Shown here piece by piece: positions 19,641-29,625 of a stretch of DNA of 64,000 nucleotides. Source of the DNA: an uncultured Christensenella sp. (lineage in GTDB: Bacteria; Bacillota; Clostridia; Christensenellales; UBA1242); the NCBI GenBank assembly GCA_949292875.1, contig CASFBJ010000008.1, positions 4,547 to 68,546 of the forward strand, in the 5' to 3' direction. The notes under the pieces were generated by a model that had not been told where the DNA came from, made no database searches, and saw only the letters and a program-made list of their open reading frames with translations. Within the stretch, counting starts at the first letter, position 1, and each line of letters starts with the position of its first letter. The position numbers and the translations under genes are program-made.

Positions 19641-21464
19641 TTATAAAGTTGGATTATTGTACAATTCTTCTTTTAATCTTTTCTTTAAATCTTGATTGAA
19701 TTCAGCCATTTCTTCTTTAGCATTATTAGAAGTTTGTTCTAATTTTATCTTAGACTTTTCTGTCTTTAAATTTATAGTATTTACTAACATTTGTTTGTAA
19801 TTATTTAAAGTTTGAAGCCCAGCCTTATAAATAGCATCTTTGTCTTTCATTAAATCGTCATACTTGTTTTGTAATTTTGTTAATTCTTTCTTACAATCTT
19901 CTATATTTAAGTCATATTGAACTAATTCTTTTGCCTTGTTTTCATCAAAGAACTTTGTTATTGCTTCAGTAATATTTTTTTCTAATTCAGCAGTATCTTC
20001 ATTTTTCAATGCTTTTTCAACCAAAAATTTCATATCATTTTCAGATAAAGTAATAATTGGATTGTTGTTAATAGGGTAATTTGATATTACTGTATTAATT
20101 AATTTTGTAACATTCTTTAAAATTTCATTTTCGTTAGTACAATTCAATAATTCTTTTTGTTCATTTGATAAATCTTTAGTTATATTATCTTTTTCAGTAT
20201 TAGTTTTTTCTAGTAACTTAGCTAAATCTTCATCATATTTTGCATTAATATTTTTAATCATTGAATTGCATATATCAATACTATCTTGAATAGGTTTTAT
20301 AGCTTCTTGATTATTTGGGTCAATTTTACTTATTGTTTCTTTACTATTTTTGATATGCTCTTCATAAATAACCAATTCTTTGTTTTTCTTTTCTTCTAAT
20401 GCGCTTTTTTCTTTTGTGCTATTCTTTTCAATTTCAGCTAATTTATTTTTTATATCTTTATTTGTTAAAACACTTTTTCTTATATTTTCTAGAGTAGTAG
20501 CTATGTCGTTTGGCATTTCTTTGCTCATTTCTTCTAGTTGAGCTTTTCTAGAATTGCATTCTTCAATAAAAATATTTCTTTCATCTATTTCTTGTTTTAT
20601 AGGTGCTAATTCTTCATCTAATTTTTCTAACTTTTTACATGTGGATAGATAACTTGTTGTATATTGGTCTACAATTGCTTGCATTTCATTATCTTCAAAT
20701 TTTAGATTTGGATCTTCATAGTCATTCATTCTTGCTATTTGTTCATTTAGCATTGCATCAATATTGTCTTTAATTGAAATGTTAAAAGTATATTTGTCTA
20801 AATCTTCTTTAATAGAAGCATTTAATTCATCTCTTTTAATATTGTACGCATTATTATAATTATGTAGATTTACTTTAGGTTTAACTTTTCCAAATCTCAT
20901 TCTAACTTTTCTATATAGGCTACCTAATATACTATTAGAACCAAATATTGTATTTAATCCTTTGACTGCGCCACCAGCGATACCAAATCCTAAAAGTCCC
21001 ATAGCTAAAGGAGGTAGAGCAACAGCACTTGCTACAACAGTAGCAGTATAGGCGATAGTAGGAACTGCACATATTGCTAACAAAGCTCTATTTCCGTTTT
21101 TATCAGTTTTTGCTACATAGGCAGGTTTAAAAAGTTCTTGTGAAAGAATTTTTTTATCTCTTTCTTGAACCATGGCTTTTGCACCACTCATGTCAAAATC
21201 GTCAAGAATAAAATATTGTAAATGTTCATCATCTACATAAGTTTCTGCTTCATTAGGAACTACTACATTTTCTGCAGCATAATCTTTTATAGCATTTACA
21301 GTATTGTCTTGTAATTCTATAGGTTTTGAAACCACAGCTGTTGTATCAAAATCATCTAATGAAGATTGTCTATAATTTTTTTCTGTATTTTCTACTTCTA
21401 TATCTTCAACTTCTTGTGTTCTAATAAGTCTAGAAAAATAATTTTTAAATTTAGTTAAAATCAT
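19641..21464 (-). CDS. Hypothetical membrane-associated coiled-coil protein (607 aa)
   Basis: Central hydrophobic Gly/Ala-rich segments (LLAICAVPTIAYTATVVASAVALPPLAMGLLGFGIAGGAVKGL), then about 400 aa of K/E/N-rich heptad-like sequence. The gene is monocistronic. Confidence 0.6.
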   Translation of the reverse strand: MILTKFKNYFSRLIRTQEVEDIEVENTEKNYRQSSLDDFDTTAVVSKPIELQDNTVNAIKDYAAENVVVPNEAETYVDDEHLQYFILDDFDMSGAKAMVQERDKKILSQELFKPAYVAKTDKNGNRALLAICAVPTIAYTATVVASAVALPPLAMGLLGFGIAGGAVKGLNTIFGSNSILGSLYRKVRMRFGKVKPKVNLHNYNNAYNIKRDELNASIKEDLDKYTFNISIKDNIDAMLNEQIARMNDYEDPNLKFEDNEMQAIVDQYTTSYLSTCKKLEKLDEELAPIKQEIDERNIFIEECNSRKAQLEEMSKEMPNDIATTLENIRKSVLTNKDIKNKLAEIEKNSTKEKSALEEKKNKELVIYEEHIKNSKETISKIDPNNQEAIKPIQDSIDICNSMIKNINAKYDEDLAKLLEKTNTEKDNITKDLSNEQKELLNCTNENEILKNVTKLINTVISNYPINNNPIITLSENDMKFLVEKALKNEDTAELEKNITEAITKFFDENKAKELVQYDLNIEDCKKELTKLQNKYDDLMKDKDAIYKAGLQTLNNYKQMLVNTINLKTEKSKIKLEQTSNNAKEEMAEFNQDLKKRLKEELYNNPTL

Positions 21465-21681
21465 AAAACTCTCCTTTTATTGAAACAAATTTTATTTCAA
21501 TAATCAAACTAAATATATAATAGCATAGTTGTTTATAAAAGTCAATATGCCTAATTAAGAAAGTTTGTAAAAAAATAAAATTAAAACTGGTTTTATAAAA
21601 AAATTAAAAGACAGCATGCTTATACTTGCGTTTACATTTAAGATTGGGTATAATATATTATAATCATTTTAAGGAGTAAAT

Positions 21682-22398
21682 ATGAAAATACCGACACCAC
21701 ATATAAATGCGAAAAAAGGCGATTTTGCTAAAACTGTATTAATGCCAGGAGACCCAAACAGAGCAAAATATATAGCTGAAAATTTTTTAGAAAATGCAAA
21801 ACTTGTAAATAATGTTAGAGGTATACAAGGATATACGGGTAAATATAGAGGTAAAGACATTTCTGTAATGGCTAGTGGAATGGGTGTTCCATCAATGCTT
21901 ATATATAGTGAAGAACTTTATGAAGGTTATGGCGTAGAAAATATTATTAGGGTAGGAAGTGCTGGATCTATTAACGAAGAACTAAAAATAAAAGATTTGT
22001 TGCTAATTCAAGGGGCTAGTTCAAATGGTAAAGTTTTAAATAATTTTGTAAAAGATTTAAGTATTTCTGCAGTTTGTAATTTTGAATTACTATCTAAAGC
22101 AAATAATCTATGTAATAATTTAGGATATAAATGTAAAGTGGGAAATGTTCTTTCATCAGATTTTTTTTATGATGAAGCACCAGAAAAAATGAAGGAAATT
22201 AAAAACTTAGGTATACATGCTGTAGAAATGGAGTGTGCAGGTTTATATTTAAACGCTATGAGATTTAATAAAAAAGCTTTAGGAATATGTTCTATTTCAG
22301 ATGAAATATATAGCGGTAAAAGTTTAAATAGTGAAGAAAGAGAAATAGGCTTTAACAATATGATAAAATTAGCTTTAGAACTTGCTTTTGTTTTATAA
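21682..22398 (+). CDS. deoD: Purine nucleoside phosphorylase, DeoD type
   Basis: TPHINAKKGDFAKTVLMPGDPNRAKYIAENFL...GYTGKYRGKDISVMASGMGVPS; VEMECAGLY. Confidence 0.9.
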   Translation: MKIPTPHINAKKGDFAKTVLMPGDPNRAKYIAENFLENAKLVNNVRGIQGYTGKYRGKDISVMASGMGVPSMLIYSEELYEGYGVENIIRVGSAGSINEELKIKDLLLIQGASSNGKVLNNFVKDLSISAVCNFELLSKANNLCNNLGYKCKVGNVLSSDFFYDEAPEKMKEIKNLGIHAVEMECAGLYLNAMRFNKKALGICSISDEIYSGKSLNSEEREIGFNNMIKLALELAFVL

Positions 22399-22431
22399 TT
22401 AATCACAAAGTTTTAGTGCTATGCATAATCT

Positions 22432-23583
22432 ATGTATATGATATATTTAGATAATGCTAGCACTACTTTTTTTAAACCAAAGCGCGTAAAAAAAGCTGTT
22501 AAAAAAGCTTTAAAACATTATACAGCAAATGCAAGTAGAAGTGGGCATGATTTTGCTGTAAGAACTGCAATGCAAGTCTCTAAAACAAGGGAAATTCTTG
22601 CAAGTATTTTCAATTGTGAACAAAATATGGTAATTTTTACAAGTGGCTGTACTGAAAGTTTAAATCTTGCTATCAGAGGTACTTGTAAAAAAGGCGGTCA
22701 TATAATACTTACCGTTTATGAACATAATTCTGTATTGAGAGTAGTTGAGTATTTAAAACATAATTATGATATAAGCACTACGATAATTTTACCTGAAAAA
22801 AATGGTAAAATTTTACCCGAGCAGATTGAAAAAGCGATAAAGAAAAACACTTATTTGCTTATAGTTAATCATACAAGTAATGTTACGGGTATTACGCAAG
22901 ACTTATTAAGTATAGGAAAGATAGCAAAAAAGTATAAGATATTATTTTTAGTTGATGCTGCGCAGTCTGCTGGACACAAACAAATAGATATGAAAAAATG
23001 CAATATTTCCATGCTTGCATTAGCTGGGCATAAAGGTCTTTTAGGATTGCAAGGTGTAGGTGCTTTATGTGTTTCTAAAAAAGTAAAAATAAGCCCTATA
23101 AAATTTGGAGGTACTGGAACTTTTAGTGAAAGTTTAAAACAACCTTATGATATTCCCGAAGGCTTTGAAAGTGGAACTTTTTCTGCGTTAAATGTGATAT
23201 CTATGGGTGTTGGTGCAAAATACGCATATGATAATTTAATTTTAATTAATACTAAAATATTAAAATTAGCACAAAAAATAATCAACAATTTAGCAAAAAA
23301 TAAAAAAATAATACTTTATTCTAATGAAAAAGCGGAAAGCGGAGTTGTTAGCTTTAATATTGTAAATATGCATCCACAAAATGTTGCTACTATATTAAAT
23401 GACAAGTATAAGATTGCGGTTAGAAGTGGTTATGCTTGTGCTCCTTTGGTGCAAAAATTTTTGAGAACAGATGCATTAGGGGGTGTTGTAAGAGTATCTA
23501 TAGGTTATGGAAATAGTATTAAAGATATTAAAAAATTTTTAAGTGCTATAGAAGAGATTACGCTTGGTATTAGTAAAAACTGA
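22432..23583 (+). CDS. Cysteine desulfurase family / class V aminotransferase
   Basis: YLDNASTT N-terminus, VNHTSNVTG, DAAQSAG, PLP-lysine region LALAGHKGL. Confidence 0.8.
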   Translation: MYMIYLDNASTTFFKPKRVKKAVKKALKHYTANASRSGHDFAVRTAMQVSKTREILASIFNCEQNMVIFTSGCTESLNLAIRGTCKKGGHIILTVYEHNSVLRVVEYLKHNYDISTTIILPEKNGKILPEQIEKAIKKNTYLLIVNHTSNVTGITQDLLSIGKIAKKYKILFLVDAAQSAGHKQIDMKKCNISMLALAGHKGLLGLQGVGALCVSKKVKISPIKFGGTGTFSESLKQPYDIPEGFESGTFSALNVISMGVGAKYAYDNLILINTKILKLAQKIINNLAKNKKIILYSNEKAESGVVSFNIVNMHPQNVATILNDKYKIAVRSGYACAPLVQKFLRTDALGGVVRVSIGYGNSIKDIKKFLSAIEEITLGISKN

Positions 23584-23698
23584 TGTTATTATTTAGATTA
23601 ATTCAACTTTAAATTAAAATTGTGTTATTTTATTAATTAAAAATTGATGTCTATATCTATACTAATTTAAATTCATTTTTAAATCTTCATTATAGCTG

Positions 23699-23727
23699 TT
23701 GACATTTTTTTAATCACAATGTAAAGT
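23699..23727 (+). promoter_or_regulatory. Promoter upstream of queF (TTGACA, 17 nt spacer, TAAAGT)
   Basis: TTGACA at 23699-23704 and TAAAGT at 23722-27. Confidence 0.45.
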
Positions 23728-23811
23728 AAATTTGTTATCTATTGTTTCAAATTGCATTATGAGTAAGACTGAACAATAGGAATGATTATATTCGTAAGTA
23801 TTGAGGTAAAA

Positions 23812-24279
23812 ATGAATAAAGTTGATGACATAAAGGATTTAAGTAAATTAGGAAAAAAAATAGAAAATTATAAATTTACTTATAACAAAGAAGGCCTTGA
23901 AGCTTTTGAAAACAAGTTGGGTAATGATATATTTGTAAAGTTAGATGCTTTTGAGTTTACGACTTTATGTCCAATAACAGGACAACCAGATTTTGCTGAT
24001 ATCATTATAAACTATGTCCCAGATAATTATCTTGTTGAAAGCAAATCTTTAAAAATGTATCTTTTTGGATTTAGAAATGAGGGAAATTTTCATGAAGCCG
24101 TAGTTAGTAAAATAATGCAAGATTTAATAGACTTGCTTGACCCTAACTATATAGAAGTGATAGGTAAATTTTCTGCAAGAGGTGGAATAGCTATATTACC
24201 TTTTGTAAATTATGCAAAAAAAGGAACAAAATACGAAGATTGGCTTGATAAAAGAAAGTTAGATTATGCAAGACAATAA
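23812..24279 (+). CDS. queF: NADPH-dependent 7-cyano-7-deazaguanine (preQ0) reductase, type I
   Basis: FTTLCPITGQPDFADIIINYVP...VESKSLKMYLFGFRNEGNFHE...ARGGIA. The start at 23812 (MNKVDD, RBS gaggt) is preferred over 23782. Confidence 0.85.
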   Translation: MNKVDDIKDLSKLGKKIENYKFTYNKEGLEAFENKLGNDIFVKLDAFEFTTLCPITGQPDFADIIINYVPDNYLVESKSLKMYLFGFRNEGNFHEAVVSKIMQDLIDLLDPNYIEVIGKFSARGGIAILPFVNYAKKGTKYEDWLDKRKLDYARQ

Positions 24280-24382
24280 TTCGGTTAATATTTGTTTTAA
24301 CTTAAATTTTATAAATATGTAGATTTTGTTCTACATTTTTTTATATAAAAGCCAAAAGTTTACTAAATTTTTAAAAATTTTC

Positions 24383-24411
24383 TTGACTTTTTTATAGAAG
24401 TTTGCTACTAT
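24383..24411 (+). promoter_or_regulatory. Promoter of the rplM-rpsI operon (TTGACT, 17 nt spacer, TGcTACTAT)
   Basis: TTGACT at 24383-88 and TACTAT at 24406-11 with TGc upstream. A leader of about 100 nt follows. Confidence 0.5.
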
Positions 24412-24519
24412 ACATGAGTACTTTTTGCGAATAAAGTTCTATTTATTAATTTAGCCCTTAGTAATTAGGAGTTTTAAGGCATCTAGTCAAGAAATAATAT
24501 TGTAGTTTGGAGATAAAAT

Positions 24520-24963
24520 ATGAAAACATATATGGCTAACCCTCAAACTGTGGAAAGAAAATGGTATATAGTAGATGCAAAAGGTCTTACATTTGGTAGA
24601 TTAGCTAGTAAAGTTGCAAATGTACTAATGGGCAAGCATAAAACAACTTATACTCCACATGTTGATTCAGGGGATTTTGTTATTGTAATTAATTGTAGTG
24701 AGTTAGTTTTAACAGGCGATAAATTAGCTCAAAAGAAGTATTATCATTATTCAGGTTTTCCTGGTGGCTTGAAGGAAGTAGGTTACGATAAACTTATGAA
24801 AGAAAAGGCAAATTTTGCTTTTATTCAAGCTGTTAAAGGTATGCTTCCAAAAAATAGTTTAGGAAGAAAAATGATAAATAGGCTTAAAGCTTATAATGAT
24901 GCTAATCATGGGCATGAAGCTCAAAAGCCAGAAATTTTAGACTTAAAAGGAGAAAATAAATAA
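24520..24963 (+). CDS. rplM: 50S ribosomal protein L13
   Basis: [46 protein letters not shown] is canonical L13. Confidence 0.95.
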   Translation: MKTYMANPQTVERKWYIVDAKGLTFGRLASKVANVLMGKHKTTYTPHVDSGDFVIVINCSELVLTGDKLAQKKYYHYSGFPGGLKEVGYDKLMKEKANFAFIQAVKGMLPKNSLGRKMINRLKAYNDANHGHEAQKPEILDLKGENK

Positions 24964-25613
24964 TGCCAGCAAAGAAGAAAGTAGAAGAAGTAGCTGAAGT
25001 TAAAGAAGAAGTGAAAGCTAAAAAAGCAACAACTAAAAAAGCTGACGCTAAGACTGAAGAAACTGTAAAGAAAGCTCCTGCAAAGAAAGTAACTAAGAAA
25101 GAAACTGCTAGTGAAGAAGTAAAAGAAGTTAAGTCTAAAAAGACAACTGCAACTAAAAAAGAAGCAGTAAAAGAAGAAGCTAAACCAAAGAAAGTGGCTA
25201 CTAAGAAAACTAAAGTTGCTAAAGATACAACTATTCAATTCTGGGGAACTGGTAGAAGAAAGAAGAGTATCGCAAGAGTTAGACTTTTACAAGGAAATGG
25301 TAAGATAACTATAAATGAAAGAAGTGTAGAAGACTATTTCCCATTTGGAACACTTGCTCAAGTTGCTAAGCAACCATTAACATTAATTAATGCCCTTGAC
25401 AAATTTGATGTTATAATCAAAGTACAAGGCGGTGGATTTAGTGGACAAGCAGGTGCTATAAGATTAGGTATAGCTAGAGCACTTATTAAGTTTGATGAAA
25501 CTTACAGAAGTGAACTAAAGAAAGCAGGATATCTAACAAGAGATGCAAGAATAAAAGAAAGAAAGAAATACGGCTTAAGAAAAGCTCGTCGTGCTGTTCA
25601 ATTTTCAAAATAA
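24963..25613 (+). CDS. rpsI: 30S ribosomal protein S9 with an 88-aa Lys/Ala/Glu-rich N-terminal extension
   Basis: The C-terminal 128 aa are canonical S9 ([14 protein letters not shown]...[19 protein letters not shown]...[11 protein letters not shown]). The start overlaps the rplM stop as TAATG. There is no internal ATG before the S9 core. Confidence 0.88.
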   Translation: MPAKKKVEEVAEVKEEVKAKKATTKKADAKTEETVKKAPAKKVTKKETASEEVKEVKSKKTTATKKEAVKEEAKPKKVATKKTKVAKDTTIQFWGTGRRKKSIARVRLLQGNGKITINERSVEDYFPFGTLAQVAKQPLTLINALDKFDVIIKVQGGGFSGQAGAIRLGIARALIKFDETYRSELKKAGYLTRDARIKERKKYGLRKARRAVQFSK

Positions 25614-25625
25614 TTTGCATTTTTC

Positions 25626-25650
25626 AAAAACCACGCAAGTGGTTTTTTTT
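25626..25650 (+). terminator. Intrinsic terminator after rpsI
   Basis: aaccac-gcaa-gtggtt hairpin plus a T8 run. Confidence 0.8.
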
Positions 25651-25740
25651 AAATACTTGCAATTAAATAAAATATTTTTGTATATTTTTTGCAAAATATA
25701 GAGAAATGTATTATACTATCACTATATAAGGAGATAAAAA

Positions 25741-27834
25741 ATGCAATCAAAGACTTGGAAAATAGATTTAGATGGTAAAATTATTACTATAGAAGTTGGT
25801 AAATATGCTATGCAAACTAATGGACATTGTATAGTTAGTTGTGGCGATACTAAAGTTATGGTTAATGTTACAATGGCAGAAAAACCTAGAGAGGGTGTAG
25901 ACTTTTTCCCGTTAGGCGTAGATTTTGAAGAAAAGATGTATTCTGTAGGTAGAATACCTGGAAGTTATAAAAGAAGAGAAGGAAAAGCAACAGATAAAGC
26001 GATACTTACAAGTAGGCTTATAGATAGACCACTTAGACCGCTTTTTCCTAAAGGATTTTATAATGATGTAAATATTGTTGCTACTGCTCTTTCAGTAGAC
26101 CCAAATGTTTCGCCAGAACCACTTGCTATGCTTGGAAGTTCTGTAGCATTAAGCATTTCTGATATACCATTTGAAGGACCTACAGGTTCAGTATGTGTAG
26201 GTATGATTGATGGAAAATATGTGATTAACCCTACTGCGAAAGAACAAGAAATGAGTAAAATGCATACTATGCTTGCCGGAACTCACGATGCTATATTAAT
26301 GGTTGAGGCTGGAGCAAGTGAAGTAACTGAAGAAGAAATGCTAGAAGCTATTGCTTTTGGACATGAATACATTAAAAAATTAGTAGAGTTGCAAAATGAG
26401 ATTGTAAAAGAATGTGGCGTGGAAAAAAGCAAAAAGGTACAATATTTTCTATTAGATGAGAGCAAAAAAGCTGAAGTTAGAGAATATGTGTATCCTTTGT
26501 TAGAAAAAGTTTATGCTGAAGTAGACAAAATAAAAAGAAAAGATTTAGAATCTAGTACAGATGAGAAAATAAAAGCATATTTTGAAGAAAAATATCCTGA
26601 TGATTTAAGGGAAATATTAGATGCTGTTTATAATATAAAGAAAGAAATAGTTAGAGGAAAAATTGTAAACGAGGGCGAAAGACCAGATGGAAGAAGTTTA
26701 AAAGAAATTAGGCCTATTTGGTGTGAAGTTGGAATTCTTCCAAGAGCTCACGGAAGCGGTGTTTTTACTAGAGGACTTACTCAAGTAATGACTACTTTAA
26801 CACTTGGAATGTTATCTGAGGCGCAAGAGGTAGAAACTTTAGAAGAAGATGATATTCAAAAAAGATATATGCATCATTACAATATGCCTGCATATAGTAC
26901 AGGTGAAGCAAGACCTTTAAGAGCTCCAGGAAGAAGGGAGATAGGTCATGGTGCTTTGGCGGAGCGAGCTTTGGAGCCAGTTCTTCCTAGTGAAGAAGAA
27001 TTTCCTTATGCTATTAGGACTGTTTCTGAAGTTTTGTCATCAAATGGTTCTACTTCTCAAGCTAGTGTTTGTGGTAGCACTTTGGCATTAATGGATGGAG
27101 GAGTACCTATTAAAGCACCTGTTGCGGGTATAGCAATGGGCTTAATTAAAGATAAAGAAAGTGGCAAAGTTTGTGTGCTTTCTGATATACAAGGCTTAGA
27201 AGATTTTTTCGGAGATATGGATTTTAAGGTTGCTGGTACAGAAAAAGGCATTACTGCTATACAAATGGATATAAAAATAAAGGGAATAGATGGAGCAATA
27301 TTAAAAACTGCGTTGTCACAAGCAAAAGAAGGCAGACATCACATTTTAGGTGAAATGTTAAAAGTTTTAGATAGTCCAAGAAAAAATTTGAGTCCATATG
27401 CTCCAAAAATTATTTCTTTTGAAATAGACCCAGAAAAAATAAGAGATGTGATTGGTACGGGCGGTAAGACTATTAATAAGATTATAGAAGAAACTGGCGT
27501 GAAGATAGATATTACAGATGAAGGATTAGTTTCTATCTCAGGAAAAGATGCTGATATGCTTAACAGAGCAAAAGAAATAATTCAAAATATAGTAGAAGAA
27601 GTAGCCGTAGGAAAGAATTATAATGGCGAAGTTGTGAAAATAGAAAAATTTGGCGCGTTTGTTAGTATTTTAGGCGGAAACAAAGAGGGGCTTATTCATA
27701 TATCTAAAATGAGTGATAAGCACATTAAAGATGTAGAAGAAGTTTTACGATTAGGAGATAAAGTTGAAGTTCAAGTTATAAAGATAGATGATAAACACAG
27801 AATAGACTTTAAACTTAATAAAATTTTGATTTAA
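25741..27834 (+). CDS. pnp: Polyribonucleotide nucleotidyltransferase (PNPase)
   Basis: Two RNase PH domains, a KH domain (GTGGKTINKIIEETG) and an S1 domain (GEVVKIEKFGAFV). Contains the FGDMDFKVAGT motif. Confidence 0.95.
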   Translation: MQSKTWKIDLDGKIITIEVGKYAMQTNGHCIVSCGDTKVMVNVTMAEKPREGVDFFPLGVDFEEKMYSVGRIPGSYKRREGKATDKAILTSRLIDRPLRPLFPKGFYNDVNIVATALSVDPNVSPEPLAMLGSSVALSISDIPFEGPTGSVCVGMIDGKYVINPTAKEQEMSKMHTMLAGTHDAILMVEAGASEVTEEEMLEAIAFGHEYIKKLVELQNEIVKECGVEKSKKVQYFLLDESKKAEVREYVYPLLEKVYAEVDKIKRKDLESSTDEKIKAYFEEKYPDDLREILDAVYNIKKEIVRGKIVNEGERPDGRSLKEIRPIWCEVGILPRAHGSGVFTRGLTQVMTTLTLGMLSEAQEVETLEEDDIQKRYMHHYNMPAYSTGEARPLRAPGRREIGHGALAERALEPVLPSEEEFPYAIRTVSEVLSSNGSTSQASVCGSTLALMDGGVPIKAPVAGIAMGLIKDKESGKVCVLSDIQGLEDFFGDMDFKVAGTEKGITAIQMDIKIKGIDGAILKTALSQAKEGRHHILGEMLKVLDSPRKNLSPYAPKIISFEIDPEKIRDVIGTGGKTINKIIEETGVKIDITDEGLVSISGKDADMLNRAKEIIQNIVEEVAVGKNYNGEVVKIEKFGAFVSILGGNKEGLIHISKMSDKHIKDVEEVLRLGDKVEVQVIKIDDKHRIDFKLNKILI

Positions 27835-27835
27835 A

Positions 27836-27865
27836 AAATTGCAAGGCTTTTTGCAATTTTTAATT
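27836..27865 (+). terminator. Intrinsic terminator after pnp
   Basis: attgcaa-ggcttt-ttgcaat hairpin plus a T-rich tail. Confidence 0.7.
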
Positions 27866-27881
27866 TTATTTTAAAAATTAC

Positions 27882-27910
27882 TTGACAATTTGAATAATAG
27901 GTGGTAAAGT
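27882..27910 (+). promoter_or_regulatory. Promoter of the ylxM-ffh-rpsP operon (TTGACA, 17 nt spacer, TGgTAAAGT)
   Basis: TTGACA at 27882-87 and TAAAGT at 27905-10. Confidence 0.5.
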
Positions 27911-27914
27911 CTTT

Positions 27915-28247
27915 ATGCTTGACTATGGGGGAACTATGGTAAAAAACAACGAAGAATTATTTTTGTTGTACGATTGTTATAAAAAATTGTTGACAAAAAA
28001 TCAAATTGATTGTTTTGAATTGTATTTTATCTATGATACAAGTTTAGTTGAGATTGGAGAGCAATTAGGCATATCTAAGCAGGCTGTTAAAGATACTATA
28101 GACAAGGCTAAGACTAATTTGGCAAAATATGAAGATGCTTTGCATTTGGCAGAGAAGTACAAAAGATATAATGCAATAAGGCAACAAAAGCATGATTTGG
28201 AATGTGAAGAATATGCTAAGTTATTAGAAAAATTGATAGAGGAGTAG
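27915..28247 (+). CDS. ylxM: YlxM/UPF0122 helix-turn-helix protein (signal recognition particle associated)
   Basis: LYDCYKKLLTKNQIDCFELYFIYDTSLVEIGEQLGISKQAVKDTIDKA, located immediately upstream of ffh. The start could instead be 27936. Confidence 0.75.
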   Translation: MLDYGGTMVKNNEELFLLYDCYKKLLTKNQIDCFELYFIYDTSLVEIGEQLGISKQAVKDTIDKAKTNLAKYEDALHLAEKYKRYNAIRQQKHDLECEEYAKLLEKLIEE

Positions 28248-28251
28248 AGGT

Positions 28252-29568
28252 ATGGCATTGTTTTCATCTTTAAGCGAAAAAATGAATCATATTTTTTCTA
28301 AACTCACGAAAAGAGGCAGACTAACTGAACTAGAGATAAAAGAAGCAATGAGAGAGATTAGGGTTGCTTTATTAGAAGCTGATGTAAACTATACAGTAGC
28401 AAAAAATTTCATAGCTTCAGTTTCTGAAAAGGCAGTAGGTGAAAAAGTACTTACAAGTCTTACTCCTGGACAACAAGTTATAAAGATTGTTAATGAAGAA
28501 CTAACTAATCTTATGGGTAAAGAACAAAGCAAATTAGTGTTTGCTTCTAAACCGCCAACTATTTTAATGATGTGCGGTTTGCAGGGCGCTGGTAAAACAA
28601 CAATGTCTGGTAAGCTTGCAAGTTATCTTAAGCAACAAGGCAAAAAAGTTCTTTTAGTTGCTTGTGATATTTATAGACCTGCTGCAATAGAACAGTTAAA
28701 GGTTGTAGGTAAACAATCAAATACTCAAGTATTTGAAAAAGGAACACAAAGTCCTGTAAAGACTGCAAAACAAGCTATAGAGTATGCAAGTAGTTATGGT
28801 TTTGATGTTGTTATAATAGATACTGCTGGTAGGTTGCATATAAACGAAGAACTAATGATAGAGTTGCAAGAAATAAAAGAAGCAATAAGTCCTACTGAAA
28901 TTTTGCTTACTGTAGATTCTATGACAGGTCAAGATGCTGTCAATGTAGCACAAACATTTAACGAAAAACTAGATATAACAGGTGTTATTTTAACAAAGTT
29001 AGATGGTGATACTAGAGGCGGTGTTGCTTTATCAATTAAGCAAGTAATAGGAAAACCTATAAAGTTCTGTGGCGTCGGCGAAAAAATGGGGGATATAGAA
29101 CCTTTTTATCCTGATAGAATGGCTTCAAGAATACTCGGTATGGGAGATGTACTTTCTTTAATAGAAAAAGCACAACAAGCTATTACTGAAGATGAAGCAA
29201 AAAAATTAGAAGAACAATTTAGAAAAAATAATTTCACATTTGAAGACTATCTAGCACAAGTGGAAAGATTGAAAAAAATGGGAAATATTAAAGACCTAAT
29301 TGGAATGATACCAGGAATGGGGAATAAGTTAGGTGGTGCTTTAAAAGACTTTGATGATAGCATTATAGATAAAAATAAGGCTATTATACAGAGTATGACA
29401 AAACAAGAAAGAATGAACCCTAATATAATTAATGGTAGCAGAAAAAAAAGAATTGCTTTAGGTAGTGGCACTACAATTCAAGAAGTGAATGCACTATTAA
29501 AGCAATATGAACAAACAAAAGAAATGATGAAACAATTTAATAAGAAAAAAGGTTTGTTTAAGTTTTAA
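28252..29568 (+). CDS. ffh: Signal recognition particle protein Ffh
   Basis: GLQGAGKTT, DTAGRL, TKLDGDTRGG, and a Met-rich M domain (GMIPGMG). Confidence 0.95.
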   Translation: MALFSSLSEKMNHIFSKLTKRGRLTELEIKEAMREIRVALLEADVNYTVAKNFIASVSEKAVGEKVLTSLTPGQQVIKIVNEELTNLMGKEQSKLVFASKPPTILMMCGLQGAGKTTMSGKLASYLKQQGKKVLLVACDIYRPAAIEQLKVVGKQSNTQVFEKGTQSPVKTAKQAIEYASSYGFDVVIIDTAGRLHINEELMIELQEIKEAISPTEILLTVDSMTGQDAVNVAQTFNEKLDITGVILTKLDGDTRGGVALSIKQVIGKPIKFCGVGEKMGDIEPFYPDRMASRILGMGDVLSLIEKAQQAITEDEAKKLEEQFRKNNFTFEDYLAQVERLKKMGNIKDLIGMIPGMGNKLGGALKDFDDSIIDKNKAIIQSMTKQERMNPNIINGSRKKRIALGSGTTIQEVNALLKQYEQTKEMMKQFNKKKGLFKF

Positions 29569-29625
29569 TCTGGTTACAACTGCTTATGCAGTTTAACATA
29601 TACAATAATTTAAAAGGAGTAAAAA

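Noticed and set aside
23728-23811. Canonical class I preQ1 riboswitch before queF
   Set aside because: I could not find the short P1 stem followed by the conserved A-rich tail that pairs at the RBS. It is kept only as a low-interest structured-leader observation.
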